From positions 896,001-960,000 of the forward strand of contig CAVZDU010000001.1 in NCBI GenBank assembly GCA_963774265.1: 64,000 nt of DNA, given 5' to 3'. The stretch is from an uncultured Chloroflexia bacterium (GTDB taxonomy: Bacteria; Chloroflexota; Anaerolineae; CG2-30-64-16). The notes under the pieces are model-generated. The model was not told the DNA's origin and searched no databases. It was given only the letters and a program-made list of their open reading frames with translations. The translations under genes were made by a program, and so were the position numbers. The first letter of the stretch is position 1; every line of letters begins with the position of its first letter. Of the stretch, positions 20,401-30,815 are shown piece by piece.

Positions 20401-20634
20401 GTCCATCTCGGGCATCAGAATGTCCAGGAGGATCACATCGAATCCCACGGGGGTGGGTGCAAGACTCGCCCTTACCGGAGAGGGCTTTTGCTCCAACAGC
20501 GCGACGGCCTGGCGCCCATCCTCAGCGAGCGTTACGGTATAGCCCTGGTCTGTCAGGAGGCGCGCGAGTTGCTTACGGTTGACGATGTTGTCGTCGACAA
20601 CCAGGACGCGCCCGGTTCCCTGCGAGTCGGGCAT
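17443..20634 (-). CDS. Response regulator-class III adenylate/guanylate cyclase (two cyclase domains)-helical region-HD domain fusion
   Basis: REC (VVDD..LLDILMP..PKPF); FADISGFT/FAGDA; second domain MGDKGS..VNLAARLM; C-terminal YHS..HT..HDIG..HE..ADADL. Confidence 0.88.
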   Translation of the reverse strand: MPDSQGTGRVLVVDDNIVNRKQLARLLTDQGYTVTLAEDGRQAVALLEQKPSPVRASLAPTPVGFDVILLDILMPEMDGYQVLAHVKALPHLRHIPVIMISALDEIDSVVRCIQLGATDYLPKPFKPALLQARLQASLAQKRLRDLELEYLEQAGRVADAAQAVESGRFDPATLDAVGAREDALGRLARVFQRMAREVYLREQRLRQQLEQLRLDMEEMKRAQGEPLTVYIPVDRQHALARGETLPDRATGAALFADISGFTPLTGALAQELGLERGAEELTRTISQIYTALIDEVHRYGGSVIGFAGDAITCWFDDATSLPRAQGVPAELVAVACGLAMQEAMALCNTVTTPQGATFELAAKVAVVAGPVRRLLVGDPGIQVIEAIAGRTLDRLAAAEHAANRGEVVVGGDIVERSTLQLTIREWRTDDRDRPIAVVCGPVEGVSPTPWPELPTEGLSDAEYRPWVLPAVYERARSDHKQFLSELRPVSALFLNFKGIDYDADEEAGTKLDAYVRWVQRVAEGYEAIFDHLTMGDKGSYICLAFGAPIAHSDDETRAVCAALELLSPPPELAFMGSIRIGVAVGQALVGTYGGRGRRTYGIQGDRVNLAARLMIAAPEGDILCDEEICRAAQGQVAFTALPPIRVKGFMQPVVVYRPTGVSAGEAKGMAPYSTAIRNRLDHLSPSEQLVLKVASVLGTTFVSTMLREIFPVDSEKAHLNDLLDGLAEQGLLICGAGGVADRSYAFADGAVHHAAYTSMLFMQRRRLHRRAAEKYEENYRSDLSPWYVILAHHWRHGGEPAKAIEYLETAGKQAQAHGAFGEAEQLLCESLELDAQSAVLSSAYYWEPSLWDGDGTAHAGPDFEGAIRYALNRLERELAPELTYHSLAHTRDDVLPATQCLATLVGVSPEDAQLLEIGAVYHDIGFVVQRPRGTVPSHEHERAGAEIAAQVLPRFGFTSEQVAAVQGMILATRLPQSPRTPLEEILADADLDNLGRDDALDRSQALRAELAALGAPVSETEWYRRQLKFSREHRYFTTAARRLRDEGKRKNIEALIRLLNMIG

Positions 20635-20635
20635 A

Positions 20636-20995
20636 TCAACTCCTCTCCCGAATGGCCCCCAACGCGGCGTGTGCCTGCTGGTATCCTGCGGCGATGCGGG
20701 CCAGCAGGTCGGTTCCACCCTCGAGAGATCCCGCCTTGGCCAGTATCTCCAGCTCCCGGCATTGTCCCGATAGGGCCAGCGCGCCGAAGTTGGCGCAGTT
20801 GGATTTGAGGCTGTGCGCCGCGCGGCGCACAGCCTCGGCGTCACCCGCGGCCAGTCCTGCCCGCGCGACCCCCAACTGCCGGGGCGAATCCTCGAAGAAT
20901 GTGTCGAGCATTTCTCCGAAAAACTCCATGTCCCCACCGAAGCTTTCCAGAAGTCCGTCCAGCACGGTGCGGTCAATGACGTTGTCTTGTTGCAT
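20636..20995 (-). CDS. Hpt phosphotransfer protein
   Basis: AAHSLKSNCANFGA..L..LE motif. Confidence 0.92.
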   Translation of the reverse strand: MQQDNVIDRTVLDGLLESFGGDMEFFGEMLDTFFEDSPRQLGVARAGLAAGDAEAVRRAAHSLKSNCANFGALALSGQCRELEILAKAGSLEGGTDLLARIAAGYQQAHAALGAIRERS

Positions 20996-21025
20996 GATGC
21001 TTTCCCCTATCCTACACGCCACATT

Positions 21026-24000
21026 CTACGCTGTTCCCTGGCACCGAGCGAGCGCAGCCACGAGGTCTTCCACCCGGATGGGCTTGGAGAGGTAGTCATC
21101 CATGCCGGCCTCAAGGCACAGCTCCCGGTCGCCCTGCATCGCGTTGGCCGTCATGGCGATGATGCGCGGCCGGGAGTCTGCCGGCCAACGGGCGCAGATT
21201 TTCCGGGTCGCCTCCAGGCCGTCCATCTCGGGCATCTGCACGTCCATCAGGATCACGTCGTACGGCTGGCGCTCCACCGCCTGGATGGCCTCCAGTCCGT
21301 TCGCGGCCACGTCCGCGCGGTAGCCCATCTGCGCAAGTAACCGCAATGCCAGTTTCTGGTTCACTGCGTTGTCCTCGGCCAGCAGGATGCGCAGCGGATG
21401 GCGCGCCGCCATCGCGGGATCAAGCGCGGGCCGGGCTGCAGCGACGGCCGGCGCGGCCTGCGGTCGCGCGGCGAAGATGCCAGCTAGCGCATCGAACAGC
21501 GCCGAGGGCCGGATCGGCTTGGCCAGGCTGGTGGCAAAGAGGCCGGCAGGGAGGTCCTGACCATGACCGCCCAATGACGAGAGCAGGATCAAGGGCAGAC
21601 GAGGGCTGGATTGGAGATTGAAGATTGAAGATTGCTCAGCCGTCGTAGGTGCCCGATCTTCAAGCTTCGATCTTTCATCTTCAATTCGTCGTATGGCCGT
21701 CGCCAACTCCACGCCGGTCATCTCCGGCATGTGCAGGTCCAGGATCGCTACATCGAACGCGTCCCCGTGGCGCAGCCACGTCAGCGCCTCGAGGGGTGAA
21801 CCGGTGGCACACGAGAGCATCCCCCAGCCCTGGGTCTGGAGCGTAAGGATGCGCCGGTTCGTGGCGTTGTCGTCCACGATCAAGACGCGGCGGCCAGCCA
21901 GTTGCAACTGCACGTCGGCCAGGTGGGGCCGCGGATGAAAGTCGGGGGCCGGCCGGGCAGCAATCGTGAAATGAAAGGTCGAACCCTGGCCTGCGCCCGC
22001 GCTCTCCGCCCACATCATGCCGCCCATCATCTCTGCCAGCCGCTTGCTCACCGCCAGCCCGAGACCGGTGCCGCCGTAACGCCGCGTGGTGGAGGCATCC
22101 ACCTGGGAAAACGCCCGGAATAGTCGATCCAGCCGGTCGGCCGGGATGCCGATGCCGGTGTCGCGGATGGCGAAGTGGAGGCTGTACCTCTCCCCCAGGC
22201 CCTCCCCGCGCAGGGGAGGGGTGAGGGGTGGGGTCCGTTCTACGGTCATCACAACCTCGCCCGTTTCGGTGAACTTGATCGCATTGCTCAATAGATTGAC
22301 CAGGATCTGGCGCAGACGGGTGACGTCGCCGACGATGACCGCGGGCACGTCGGCGGCTATCTGGTAGGCCAGCTCCAGCCCCTCCCCCGCGGCCTTGATG
22401 TGCAGCAGGTCCAGCGCCGACTCCACGCATTCGCGCAGGTCGAAGGGCTGCTGCTCCATCTCCATCTTGCCGGCCTCAATCTTCGAGAAATCCAGGATGT
22501 CGTTGATGATGGTCAGGAGCGCGTCGCCGCTAGACCGGATGGTCTCCGCGAAGTCGCGCTGCTCGGCGTTCAGGGGCGTGTCCATCAGCAGACCGCTCAT
22601 GCCGATGATGGCATTCAGCGGCGTGCGGATTTCGTGGCTCATCGTCGCCAGGAACGCGCTCTTGGCCTGCGTCGCCGCTTCGGCGGTGGCCTTCGCCTGT
22701 CGTAGCTCCACCTGCGCCCGTTTCTGCTCCTCCAGGAGTTGGTAATTCTGGACGAGAACGGCTGTCTGGCTGCTGATCGCTTCGGCAAGTTGCGCATCAT
22801 GCCGGCCGATGTCAGCTCCGTCGGATGGTCGTCCCAAGCACACCACCCCCACTGCCTGCTGCTGGGAGTTGCTGATGGGTGCGATCACCAGCTTGCCGAG
22901 AGCTCGCCGCGATTCGCCCCGCATTCCAAACAAGCTCCTCTCGCTGGTCAATGGGTCATTGATGACCAGGTAGCGGCCCTCGAGCACGCACTGCGCTGCC
23001 AGATCGCCGGCAGTGTGGCCGCACACCTCGAACTGCATCAGGTCAGCGGGGAGGCCGGGGAAGTGTCCGGCGATGCCGCGCAAGGCGTCCGGGCCTTCGG
23101 TCACCTGGTTGTCGTCGGATCGGTTCACCAGAGCAACCCACCAGCGATCCATGTCGACCGATTGGAACATGGACAGCAGCGCTTTCCGCCCCATGTCATA
23201 GTCTGCGGATAGCACCCGATAGGGCACGACGGACATATCGGGGAAGCAGGCTGCAATCTCTTCCGAGAAACCTTGAGCGCGTTGGCGAGCGGTGTACAGG
23301 TCTGAGTAGATAACGGCCACGCGCCCCCGGCCGCCCAATCGATGACTCAGGAAACGGGCTGCCAGGCGCCCGCCACCGCGATTGTCGGCGCCTACATGCG
23401 TGGCAACTTCTACCCCTGCCATTGGCTGATCCAGGGACACGACCGGTATGCCCCGTTGCAGCGCGCGCTGCGCTACGGGCGCGAGCGTGTACTCATTCAG
23501 GGGCACCAGGATCAACGCATCGATGCCGGCGGCAAGCATCTCTTTGACGGCAGCCGCCTGCTCCAGGGCCCGCGTCTCGTGATGTCCCGCCAGGATCAGT
23601 TCGACGCCGGCCTCCGCAGCCGCCATCTGCACTCCGTCGCGAATCTCGCGATAGCCGGCATTTGTCTCATAGTCGCCCAACGCCACACCCAGGGTATACC
23701 GCCGGCTCACCGTCGGCATGATGGCCGGGTCAGTTACGATGGGCTGTTCACCGTCGGTTATGAGTTGCACGGGGAGCAGGACCTCGGCTCCCATCGGCAG
23801 ACCCTCCAACGCCTGCAACGCGGCGATGACCCCGCGCCGTCCGAGTTCGCCCAGGTCTTGCCCGATCGTGGCGCACAGCTTTCCGGCGCGCAGCCCGTCC
23901 CGTCCCAGGTCCGACGCGTTGTAGCCTATCGCCCGAAGATCGTCGTGGCCCAGCTCCCGAGCCGTCTCGATCGCAGCCAACGCCATTTCGTCGTTGACCG

Positions 24001-26128
24001 CAAACACCGCCTCAACGCCGGTGCCCACCTCCAGCACGCCGTCGAACAGGCCGCTCAGGGTCTCAGGCAGGTTTTCGCTGAGCTTCCCAAATCGGCTGAC
24101 CCGGTATAACGCAGTGGCCTGGGCAATCTCCCGGTGCAACTCCTCTTCGGCCTGCTTGCGCTCGGTGATGTCGCGGATGATTTCGATCGCGCCGACGGCA
24201 TTGCCCTCAGCGTCGCGCAGGACGGATGCGGTGCCCATCAGATAGTGCGCACTTCCCCGCAAACGCGGCGCGTAGGTTTCGCCGACCAGGACGGAACCAT
24301 GCCGCTGGATCTGGGCGTGTTCTTTGTCCAGATCCTCCTGCGATTTGAACACCAGGTCGATCAGGATCGGCTGTCGCTTGCCGTAGAAGGGGAGGGCGTA
24401 TTCGTAGTCACCCTTGCCCAGTATCTCCTCCGCCGGGATCCCCGTCATCTCTTCAATGGCCCGGTTCCAGGCGATGACGCGGCCTTCCCCGTCAATCACG
24501 ACCGTTGCATCGGGCAGGAAGTTGATGATGTCGGTCAACCGGCGCTGCGTCTCCTGGGCGGTCGAGTAGAGTCGCGCATTGTCCAGGATGACGGAAGCGA
24601 GCTGGGCAAAGCGGCTCAGGAGTTCTGCCTCCTCCGCGCCGAAGCTCCGGCTTGATTCCGCGCCATACGCCAGGCCGATGACGCCCACAACATGCTCGCC
24701 GGAGGTGAAAGGCACGCCCATGATGCCGCGCATCACACCGCGATCGAACGTTGCTAAGCGGCCGGACCAGGCGTCGTAGTCGTCGATGACCACAGGGTGA
24801 CCTGTCTGCCAAACCGTCCCCACCAGGCCATCCCCCGGCTTCCTATATTCGCCGACCAACCGAGCGAGCGCACCGATGCCGACCTTGCACACCATCTCCG
24901 CTTTCCCTGGATCCAACAGATAGAGGAACCCATGCGGCGCATGCAGCAGTTGGCTAGCTCGCGTGATCAGCGTCTCCAGTAGCTCGTTCACGTCCAGCCG
25001 GCTGATCAGCCCCACGGTCGTCTCGTATAAAGCGGCCAGGTACTGATTTTGCCGCACCATCTCTTCCAGGAGTGCGTCCCGTTCGCGGTTGGCCTCTTTC
25101 GCGACGACTTGGGCCTGCTTCTGTTCGGTCATATCGCGCAACAGCAGCAGGTGTCCGACGATCAGCCCGCGATAATCCTTGAGTGGGGAGAGATCCGGAG
25201 CGTAGTACCGGGCGCCGGAACCCCCCAGGCTGATTTCGGTTGGCTCTGCCACCCCCCCGGCAAGCTGTTCGATGAGATCGGGGCATGCCGGCAGGAGATC
25301 CTGCAATGTTTTGCCGCGGGCCCGCGCGGCTGAAGTAGACAACATGCTTGCCGCCGCGGGGTTCAGGTCGGCGATTCGCCACCGGGCATCCAAGATCACC
25401 ATCCCTTCGCGCATCTGCGCGATCACCGTTTTGCGGGCAGCGTGCAACTGGTCGAAGATGCGGAAGCCGAACAGTGCGATGGCATATGATCCGAAGAGGA
25501 GTGCCAATTCGATAATGAGGGGGTCCAGCGCATTTGTAAGTCTCACGTTGACGACGTCCAGCGCGTACACGACCCGGCCCACAATCATCCCGAACACCAT
25601 CAGCGCCACCGGCAGGCGATGCTGCGGCGAGCGGACGAACAGCCAGAGGAAAGCGGCGATATTGACCAGGATGAGGCTCATTCCATAGCCGGTCCCGATT
25701 CGGTTGCCAATGCCGCGTAGCGGTTGGACAGCCCCATCGACCGCGAACCCGAGCCACATGAGGTGATGGAGATCGTTGGTGATGATCAGCAACAGGCCCA
25801 AGAGGGGAGGAATAGACAGCAGGATCAGGTTGCGGCGGGTCAGCCAGCGTCCGGGGTAGGCATACTCCAGAGCAAAACAAGCCCCGGCGGTGACCAAGGG
25901 CAACTGCCACACCCCTTGGAACTTGAACCAGGCGATTCTCGTCGAAACATCGCCTGCCGCCGATTCAGCGACTGCGCCTGCCAGCCACAGAAACGCGAAC
26001 AGGCAGGCGATCGCGACCGGCTTCGCGCCGGGTACGCTGCGGCGCCGCCAAACGTACAAGCCCAAGGTGCCCAGGAATACCAGAACAGCCAGTCTCGGCC
26101 ATGTGTTGGGCATAGCAAAAAGATCCAT
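21026..26128 (-). CDS. Hybrid histidine kinase: 7TM-PAS-GAF-PAS-GAF(with sugar-binding insert)-HisKA-HATPase-REC-REC
   Basis: HisKA_7TM-like N-terminus; [12 protein letters not shown]; [10 protein letters not shown]; GGTGLGL; two REC domains. Confidence 0.92.
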   Translation of the reverse strand: MDLFAMPNTWPRLAVLVFLGTLGLYVWRRRSVPGAKPVAIACLFAFLWLAGAVAESAAGDVSTRIAWFKFQGVWQLPLVTAGACFALEYAYPGRWLTRRNLILLSIPPLLGLLLIITNDLHHLMWLGFAVDGAVQPLRGIGNRIGTGYGMSLILVNIAAFLWLFVRSPQHRLPVALMVFGMIVGRVVYALDVVNVRLTNALDPLIIELALLFGSYAIALFGFRIFDQLHAARKTVIAQMREGMVILDARWRIADLNPAAASMLSTSAARARGKTLQDLLPACPDLIEQLAGGVAEPTEISLGGSGARYYAPDLSPLKDYRGLIVGHLLLLRDMTEQKQAQVVAKEANRERDALLEEMVRQNQYLAALYETTVGLISRLDVNELLETLITRASQLLHAPHGFLYLLDPGKAEMVCKVGIGALARLVGEYRKPGDGLVGTVWQTGHPVVIDDYDAWSGRLATFDRGVMRGIMGVPFTSGEHVVGVIGLAYGAESSRSFGAEEAELLSRFAQLASVILDNARLYSTAQETQRRLTDIINFLPDATVVIDGEGRVIAWNRAIEEMTGIPAEEILGKGDYEYALPFYGKRQPILIDLVFKSQEDLDKEHAQIQRHGSVLVGETYAPRLRGSAHYLMGTASVLRDAEGNAVGAIEIIRDITERKQAEEELHREIAQATALYRVSRFGKLSENLPETLSGLFDGVLEVGTGVEAVFAVNDEMALAAIETARELGHDDLRAIGYNASDLGRDGLRAGKLCATIGQDLGELGRRGVIAALQALEGLPMGAEVLLPVQLITDGEQPIVTDPAIMPTVSRRYTLGVALGDYETNAGYREIRDGVQMAAAEAGVELILAGHHETRALEQAAAVKEMLAAGIDALILVPLNEYTLAPVAQRALQRGIPVVSLDQPMAGVEVATHVGADNRGGGRLAARFLSHRLGGRGRVAVIYSDLYTARQRAQGFSEEIAACFPDMSVVPYRVLSADYDMGRKALLSMFQSVDMDRWWVALVNRSDDNQVTEGPDALRGIAGHFPGLPADLMQFEVCGHTAGDLAAQCVLEGRYLVINDPLTSERSLFGMRGESRRALGKLVIAPISNSQQQAVGVVCLGRPSDGADIGRHDAQLAEAISSQTAVLVQNYQLLEEQKRAQVELRQAKATAEAATQAKSAFLATMSHEIRTPLNAIIGMSGLLMDTPLNAEQRDFAETIRSSGDALLTIINDILDFSKIEAGKMEMEQQPFDLRECVESALDLLHIKAAGEGLELAYQIAADVPAVIVGDVTRLRQILVNLLSNAIKFTETGEVVMTVERTPPLTPPLRGEGLGERYSLHFAIRDTGIGIPADRLDRLFRAFSQVDASTTRRYGGTGLGLAVSKRLAEMMGGMMWAESAGAGQGSTFHFTIAARPAPDFHPRPHLADVQLQLAGRRVLIVDDNATNRRILTLQTQGWGMLSCATGSPLEALTWLRHGDAFDVAILDLHMPEMTGVELATAIRRIEDERSKLEDRAPTTAEQSSIFNLQSSPRLPLILLSSLGGHGQDLPAGLFATSLAKPIRPSALFDALAGIFAARPQAAPAVAAARPALDPAMAARHPLRILLAEDNAVNQKLALRLLAQMGYRADVAANGLEAIQAVERQPYDVILMDVQMPEMDGLEATRKICARWPADSRPRIIAMTANAMQGDRELCLEAGMDDYLSKPIRVEDLVAALARCQGTA

Positions 26129-26164
26129 CTTGTTGAGCCTTCCACTGGATCGGTTCTTGTTTGG

Positions 26165-29100
26165 TCAACCTGATTGATCAAGACTGGAGGCCATGCTGCG
26201 GCTCAGCGCCGCCACCAGCTCATCCACACGGATCGGTTTGCTCAAGTAGTCGTCCATGCCGGCCGCCAGGCACAGCTCGCGGTCGCCTTGCATCGCGTTG
26301 GCCGTCATGGCGATGATGCGGGGCCGGGCACCCGCCGACCAATGGGCGCAGATCTGTCGGGTCGCCTCCAGGCCATCCATCTCGGGCATCTGCACGTCCA
26401 TCAGCACCACGTCGTATGGTTGGCGCTCTATCGCCTGGATGGCTTCCAGCCCGTTCGCGGCTACGTCCGCGCGGTAGCCCATCTGGGACAAGAGCCGCAG
26501 AGCCAGCTTTTGGTTCACCGCGTTGTCTTCGGCGAGCAGGATGCGCAGTGGATGGCGCGCCGCCATCTCAGGATCGAGCGCGGCCCTGGCCGGAGTGGTC
26601 CGCGCAGGCTGGCGCGACTGAGCAGGCTGTCGCTCAAAGACACCGAGCAGGGCATCAAATAGCGCCGACGGCCTGATTGGCTTGGTCAGGCTGGCTGCGA
26701 ATAGATCCGGGTCGACCCCAGCCTCGCGGCCGCCCAATGACGAGAGGAGGATCAAGGACAGACGAGGACTGGATTTAAGATTTAAGATTGAAGATTGCTC
26801 AGCCGTCGTAGGTGCCCGATCTTCAAGCTTCAATCTTTCATCTTCAATTCGCCGTATGGCCTCGGCCAGTTCCGCCCCCGTCATTTCAGGCATGCGCTGA
26901 TCCAGGATGGCCAGGTCGAAGGGCTCGCCGCCGTCCAGCCAGTCCAGTGCCTCCTTTGGCGAGGCAGTGGCGCGCGAGAGCATCCCCCAACCCTGCGTCT
27001 GAAGGGTCAGAATGCGCCGGTTGGTGGCGTTGTCGTCCACGATCAGCACGCGGCGGCCAGCCAATTGTGGTTGCTCGCCGGTCAGGTGGGGACGGGTCTT
27101 CAACTCAGTGGCTGCCTGCGCAACGATCGTGAAATGGAAGGCGCAACCGGGCCCTCCCTTGGCCTCTTCGTCCAGGAGGAGTGCAGGCGCTGCCGGCGAC
27201 TCGACCCACATCGTGCCACCCATCATCTCGGCCAGCCGCTTGCTGACGGCCAGGCCGAGGCCGGTGCCGCCGTATTTGCGGGTGGTGGACGCGTCCACCT
27301 GGCTGAAGGCCTGGAACAGGCGGTCGAGGCGGTCAGGTGGAACGCCGATGCCGGTGTCGCGGACGGCGAAGTGCAGTGACACGGAGAGGGGGAGACGCAG
27401 CGAAGGGGAGAAGGTTTCCGTTTCCCCCAAGTGCCGGTCACTGTCAGCCGCGTCCGTGTCTCTCGTCACGGTCACCACCACTTCGCCTGTTTCGGTGAAC
27501 TTGACCGCGTTGCTGAGCAGGTTGACCAGGATCTGGCGCAGGCGCGTGACGTCGCCGACGATGGCTGCGGTGTATCGGGGGCCGATCTGGTAGGCCAGGT
27601 CCAGCCCTTTCTCGGCGGCCTTGATGCGCAGCAGGTCCAGCGCCGACTCCACGCACTCGCGCAGGTCGAAGGGCTGTTGCTCCAGCTCCAACTTGCCGGC
27701 CTCGATCTTGGAGAAGTCGAGGATGTCGTTGATGATCGTCAGCAGGGCATCCCCGCTGTTGCGGATCGTCTCGGCGAAGTCGCGCTGCTCGGCGGTGAGG
27801 GGGGTGTCGAGCAGCAGACCGCTCATGCCGATGATGGCGTTCATCGGGGTGCGGATTTCGTGGCTCATCATGGCCAGGAAGGCGCTTTTGGCCTGGGTGG
27901 CGGCCTCTGCGGTCTGACGCGCTTGCTGCAGATCGCTGATGTCATGGTAAATCACCAGGGTGCTGACTTGCTTGCCCTCGATGATCACCGGCACGGCATG
28001 CAGCTCGACATCCACAAAGCTGCCATCCCGACGGTTTCGACGCGCGATGGCGTGGACGACGGCGCCGGCTTCCGCCCTCTGGGAATAGGCGGCGGCCTCT
28101 GCCCGGACGGTATCGGTCGTCACAAGATCATCGACATTATGGCCGATCGCTTCTTCCTGGAGGTACCCAAACAGGCTCTCGGCCGCTGGGTTCCAAGAGA
28201 GGACGTTGGCATTCTGGTCAACCACGACGACGGCCGCGGGGGTGTTCAGAACCAGGGATTCGAAGTACCGCTTCTCTCGCTGCACCTCACCGTACAATCG
28301 AGCGTTTTCCAGTGCGATGGCTGCCTGGTTGGCGATGGCTTCCAGAAGTGCCTGATCCGACGCATCGTAGGCATTCGGGTCCGTGTAGTGCTGCAGGATG
28401 ATCACACCCAGCACACGCTCGCCCGTCTCGTCTAAGTGCCGGGCACTTTCGGAGTCCGACCCCGCAGCTCCAATCACCATGGGCACGCCCAGCCATGACG
28501 CAGCCGGCGGCCCGTAGACCGCAACGCCTGTCATGGCCGTGAGTTCCTCTGCTGACACATTTTGCACGAAGACCGACTTGCCGTGCTTGACGATATAACC
28601 CGCCATGCAACCATCAAGCGGAAGCCGGGTGCCCGGCTGCACCTCGCCCGGGTTGCGGCTGAGGACATACTCAACCTCTTGGCGGCCAGGGTCATAGAGC
28701 GCGATGATCATGTTTTCGGCATACATCACGCGCGCCGTCTGCTCGGCCATGAGCTCGAACAGACCCTGCAAGTCCAGCCTGGACGACAGGGCCTGGCCGA
28801 TGTCGGACAGCAGTCGATAGCGCGTCTCACTCCGCTGTACAGCTTCCTCCGCAACCTTGCGCTCCGTAATGTCGCGGATGATTTCGATCGCGCCCACGTT
28901 GTTGCCCCTGGCGTCGCGCAGAACGGATGCCGTGCCCAGTAGATAGCGTGCGCCCCCCCGGAGATGGGGCACGTAGGTTTCGCCGATCAGAGTGGCGCCA
29001 TGTCGTTGGACCTGAGTATATTTCTGCTCCAGCTCTTCTTCGGGCGTGAACACCAGGTCGATCAAGATCGGTCGTCGCTCGCCGTAGAAGGGGAGCGCGT

Positions 29101-30802
29101 ATTCGTAGTCACCCTTGCCCAAAATCTCCCCCGCTGGGATCCCCGTCATCTCCTCGATGGTCCGGTTCCAGGCAATGACGCGCCCTTCTGCATTGATCAC
29201 CAGCGTCGCATCGGGCAGGAAGTTGATGATGTCGGTTAGCCGGCGCTGCGATTCGATAATGGCGTCTTCGGCACGTTTGAGTTCGCTCAGGTCATGGTAG
29301 ATCGTAAGAATGTAGGGGCTCTGTCCGGCGGCGATGAGCGGGGTGCTGAAAATTTCCACATCGACCAGGCTGCGGTCCTGCCGGCAGCGACGGGTAATCA
29401 CATGGAACCCTATGCCTGAACGTGCAGCTTGGGTCAAGCTATATGCTTCCTCATAGTACTCCGGCATACTCGGGTCAGAGATCAAAGTGTCGAGCTCCTG
29501 CCCCAAAGCGGCCTGGCAGGTGAAACCAAACAGCGTCTCGGCCGCCGGATTCCAGGAGGCCACGCGGCCATCCTGGTCTGTGGTGACGATCGCAACCGGG
29601 CTTGACTGCACCAGCGTTTCGAAGAGTTGCTTTTGGCCCTGCATCTCTGTGAACATGCGCGCGTTCTTGACCGCGGCGCCGATAATGGATGCGAGTGTCT
29701 GTAGCAAATGGATGTCGGAATCCGCAAAGGCGTCTTCTTTCTCATAATCGTCCAGTACGATCAGGCCGGTGGACTGACCAGCGACGATAATCGGCACCCC
29801 GGCAACGGACTTGCTCATCGTCGTGCCGGGCAGTGGCTTCCAACCCAGTTCTGCCCAGCGGCGTTCTGTGTCCCGATTGGCGACGAAAGGCTGCTGGGTC
29901 TTGAGTACATGGGCCGATAGACTGATCGGCTCATGGGGCTCGATGGTCAGCCGCTGTCCGTGATCGTACTCGCACACGTAGTGGAGGAGGTTGGTCGCCG
30001 GATCATAAAGTCGTATGCCGATATCTGCCGTGCCAAAAATCGTACGCAGCTGGTCGGCAGCCAAGTCGATGAGATCCTGGAACTCGAGTTTGGAGACCAG
30101 CCCTTGCTGGACACTGTTGATGATGGCCAGTTCGGCGGTGCGTTCCTGCACCTTCTGTTCCAAGGTTTCGTTGGTTTTCTCCAGCAAAGCCTGCGCCTGG
30201 GCCAGCTCCGCCCGCGAGCGGCGCTCAGTGTCGATCAGCTGCTCCTGGAAGCGTTGGAACAGCGTGAGCAGCACAATGGCGACGGCCAGAAGCATCAGCG
30301 AGGTGCTGCCCTCGATGACCCAATCAGCCAATCGCTGGGAGTTCTGCACGATTACAAGGTAGGGCAGCAGGAGGCCGCGATCGGCAAGAACGGCGAAGAT
30401 CGCCAGGATAAGAACGCTGAGTGCCGACAGGAGGGCGCCAGCACGCGTGCCCACGAGGATTAGCGCTATGATGGGCAGCACGATCAGGTAGTCGCGGCCA
30501 CTGCCGGCCAGGCCGCCGCGCGCCAGGCTTACGATGGCCGCAGCATATCCCAACAGCAGGAGGCCCGACGCACGTATCCGGCTGTCCAGGCTCCGCCAGA
30601 GCGCCAGCACACCCAGGAGCAGCAGCATGACCGTAAAGAGCGCGACAGCAGGCCATTGGTCTGGCTGCCGCGCAGCGGCAAAGAAGGTCATGCCGAGAAT
30701 GGGGATGCACGCGATCGCGGCGATGGCAAGGAAGCCGGTCAGGATTCTTGTGCGCCACTCTGCCAGCATGGACCGGGTTTCGGCGCCATTATTTGGTTTC
30801 AT
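26165..30802 (-). CDS. Hybrid histidine kinase: membrane-GAF-PAS-PAS-GAF-PAS-HisKA-HATPase-REC-REC
   Basis: Hydrophobic N-terminus; WNPAAE PAS motifs; MSHEIRTP; DTGIG; two REC domains. Confidence 0.92.
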   Translation of the reverse strand: MKPNNGAETRSMLAEWRTRILTGFLAIAAIACIPILGMTFFAAARQPDQWPAVALFTVMLLLLGVLALWRSLDSRIRASGLLLLGYAAAIVSLARGGLAGSGRDYLIVLPIIALILVGTRAGALLSALSVLILAIFAVLADRGLLLPYLVIVQNSQRLADWVIEGSTSLMLLAVAIVLLTLFQRFQEQLIDTERRSRAELAQAQALLEKTNETLEQKVQERTAELAIINSVQQGLVSKLEFQDLIDLAADQLRTIFGTADIGIRLYDPATNLLHYVCEYDHGQRLTIEPHEPISLSAHVLKTQQPFVANRDTERRWAELGWKPLPGTTMSKSVAGVPIIVAGQSTGLIVLDDYEKEDAFADSDIHLLQTLASIIGAAVKNARMFTEMQGQKQLFETLVQSSPVAIVTTDQDGRVASWNPAAETLFGFTCQAALGQELDTLISDPSMPEYYEEAYSLTQAARSGIGFHVITRRCRQDRSLVDVEIFSTPLIAAGQSPYILTIYHDLSELKRAEDAIIESQRRLTDIINFLPDATLVINAEGRVIAWNRTIEEMTGIPAGEILGKGDYEYALPFYGERRPILIDLVFTPEEELEQKYTQVQRHGATLIGETYVPHLRGGARYLLGTASVLRDARGNNVGAIEIIRDITERKVAEEAVQRSETRYRLLSDIGQALSSRLDLQGLFELMAEQTARVMYAENMIIALYDPGRQEVEYVLSRNPGEVQPGTRLPLDGCMAGYIVKHGKSVFVQNVSAEELTAMTGVAVYGPPAASWLGVPMVIGAAGSDSESARHLDETGERVLGVIILQHYTDPNAYDASDQALLEAIANQAAIALENARLYGEVQREKRYFESLVLNTPAAVVVVDQNANVLSWNPAAESLFGYLQEEAIGHNVDDLVTTDTVRAEAAAYSQRAEAGAVVHAIARRNRRDGSFVDVELHAVPVIIEGKQVSTLVIYHDISDLQQARQTAEAATQAKSAFLAMMSHEIRTPMNAIIGMSGLLLDTPLTAEQRDFAETIRNSGDALLTIINDILDFSKIEAGKLELEQQPFDLRECVESALDLLRIKAAEKGLDLAYQIGPRYTAAIVGDVTRLRQILVNLLSNAVKFTETGEVVVTVTRDTDAADSDRHLGETETFSPSLRLPLSVSLHFAVRDTGIGVPPDRLDRLFQAFSQVDASTTRKYGGTGLGLAVSKRLAEMMGGTMWVESPAAPALLLDEEAKGGPGCAFHFTIVAQAATELKTRPHLTGEQPQLAGRRVLIVDDNATNRRILTLQTQGWGMLSRATASPKEALDWLDGGEPFDLAILDQRMPEMTGAELAEAIRRIEDERLKLEDRAPTTAEQSSILNLKSSPRLSLILLSSLGGREAGVDPDLFAASLTKPIRPSALFDALLGVFERQPAQSRQPARTTPARAALDPEMAARHPLRILLAEDNAVNQKLALRLLSQMGYRADVAANGLEAIQAIERQPYDVVLMDVQMPEMDGLEATRQICAHWSAGARPRIIAMTANAMQGDRELCLAAGMDDYLSKPIRVDELVAALSRSMASSLDQSG

Positions 30803-30815
30803 ATCGCTTCCCCGA

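Noticed and set aside
17443-20634. Cyclase + HD as a Pycsar/CBASS anti-phage system
   Set aside because: The cyclase is REC-controlled within a phosphorelay, and no TM, TIR or nuclease effector arrangement typical of those systems is seen.
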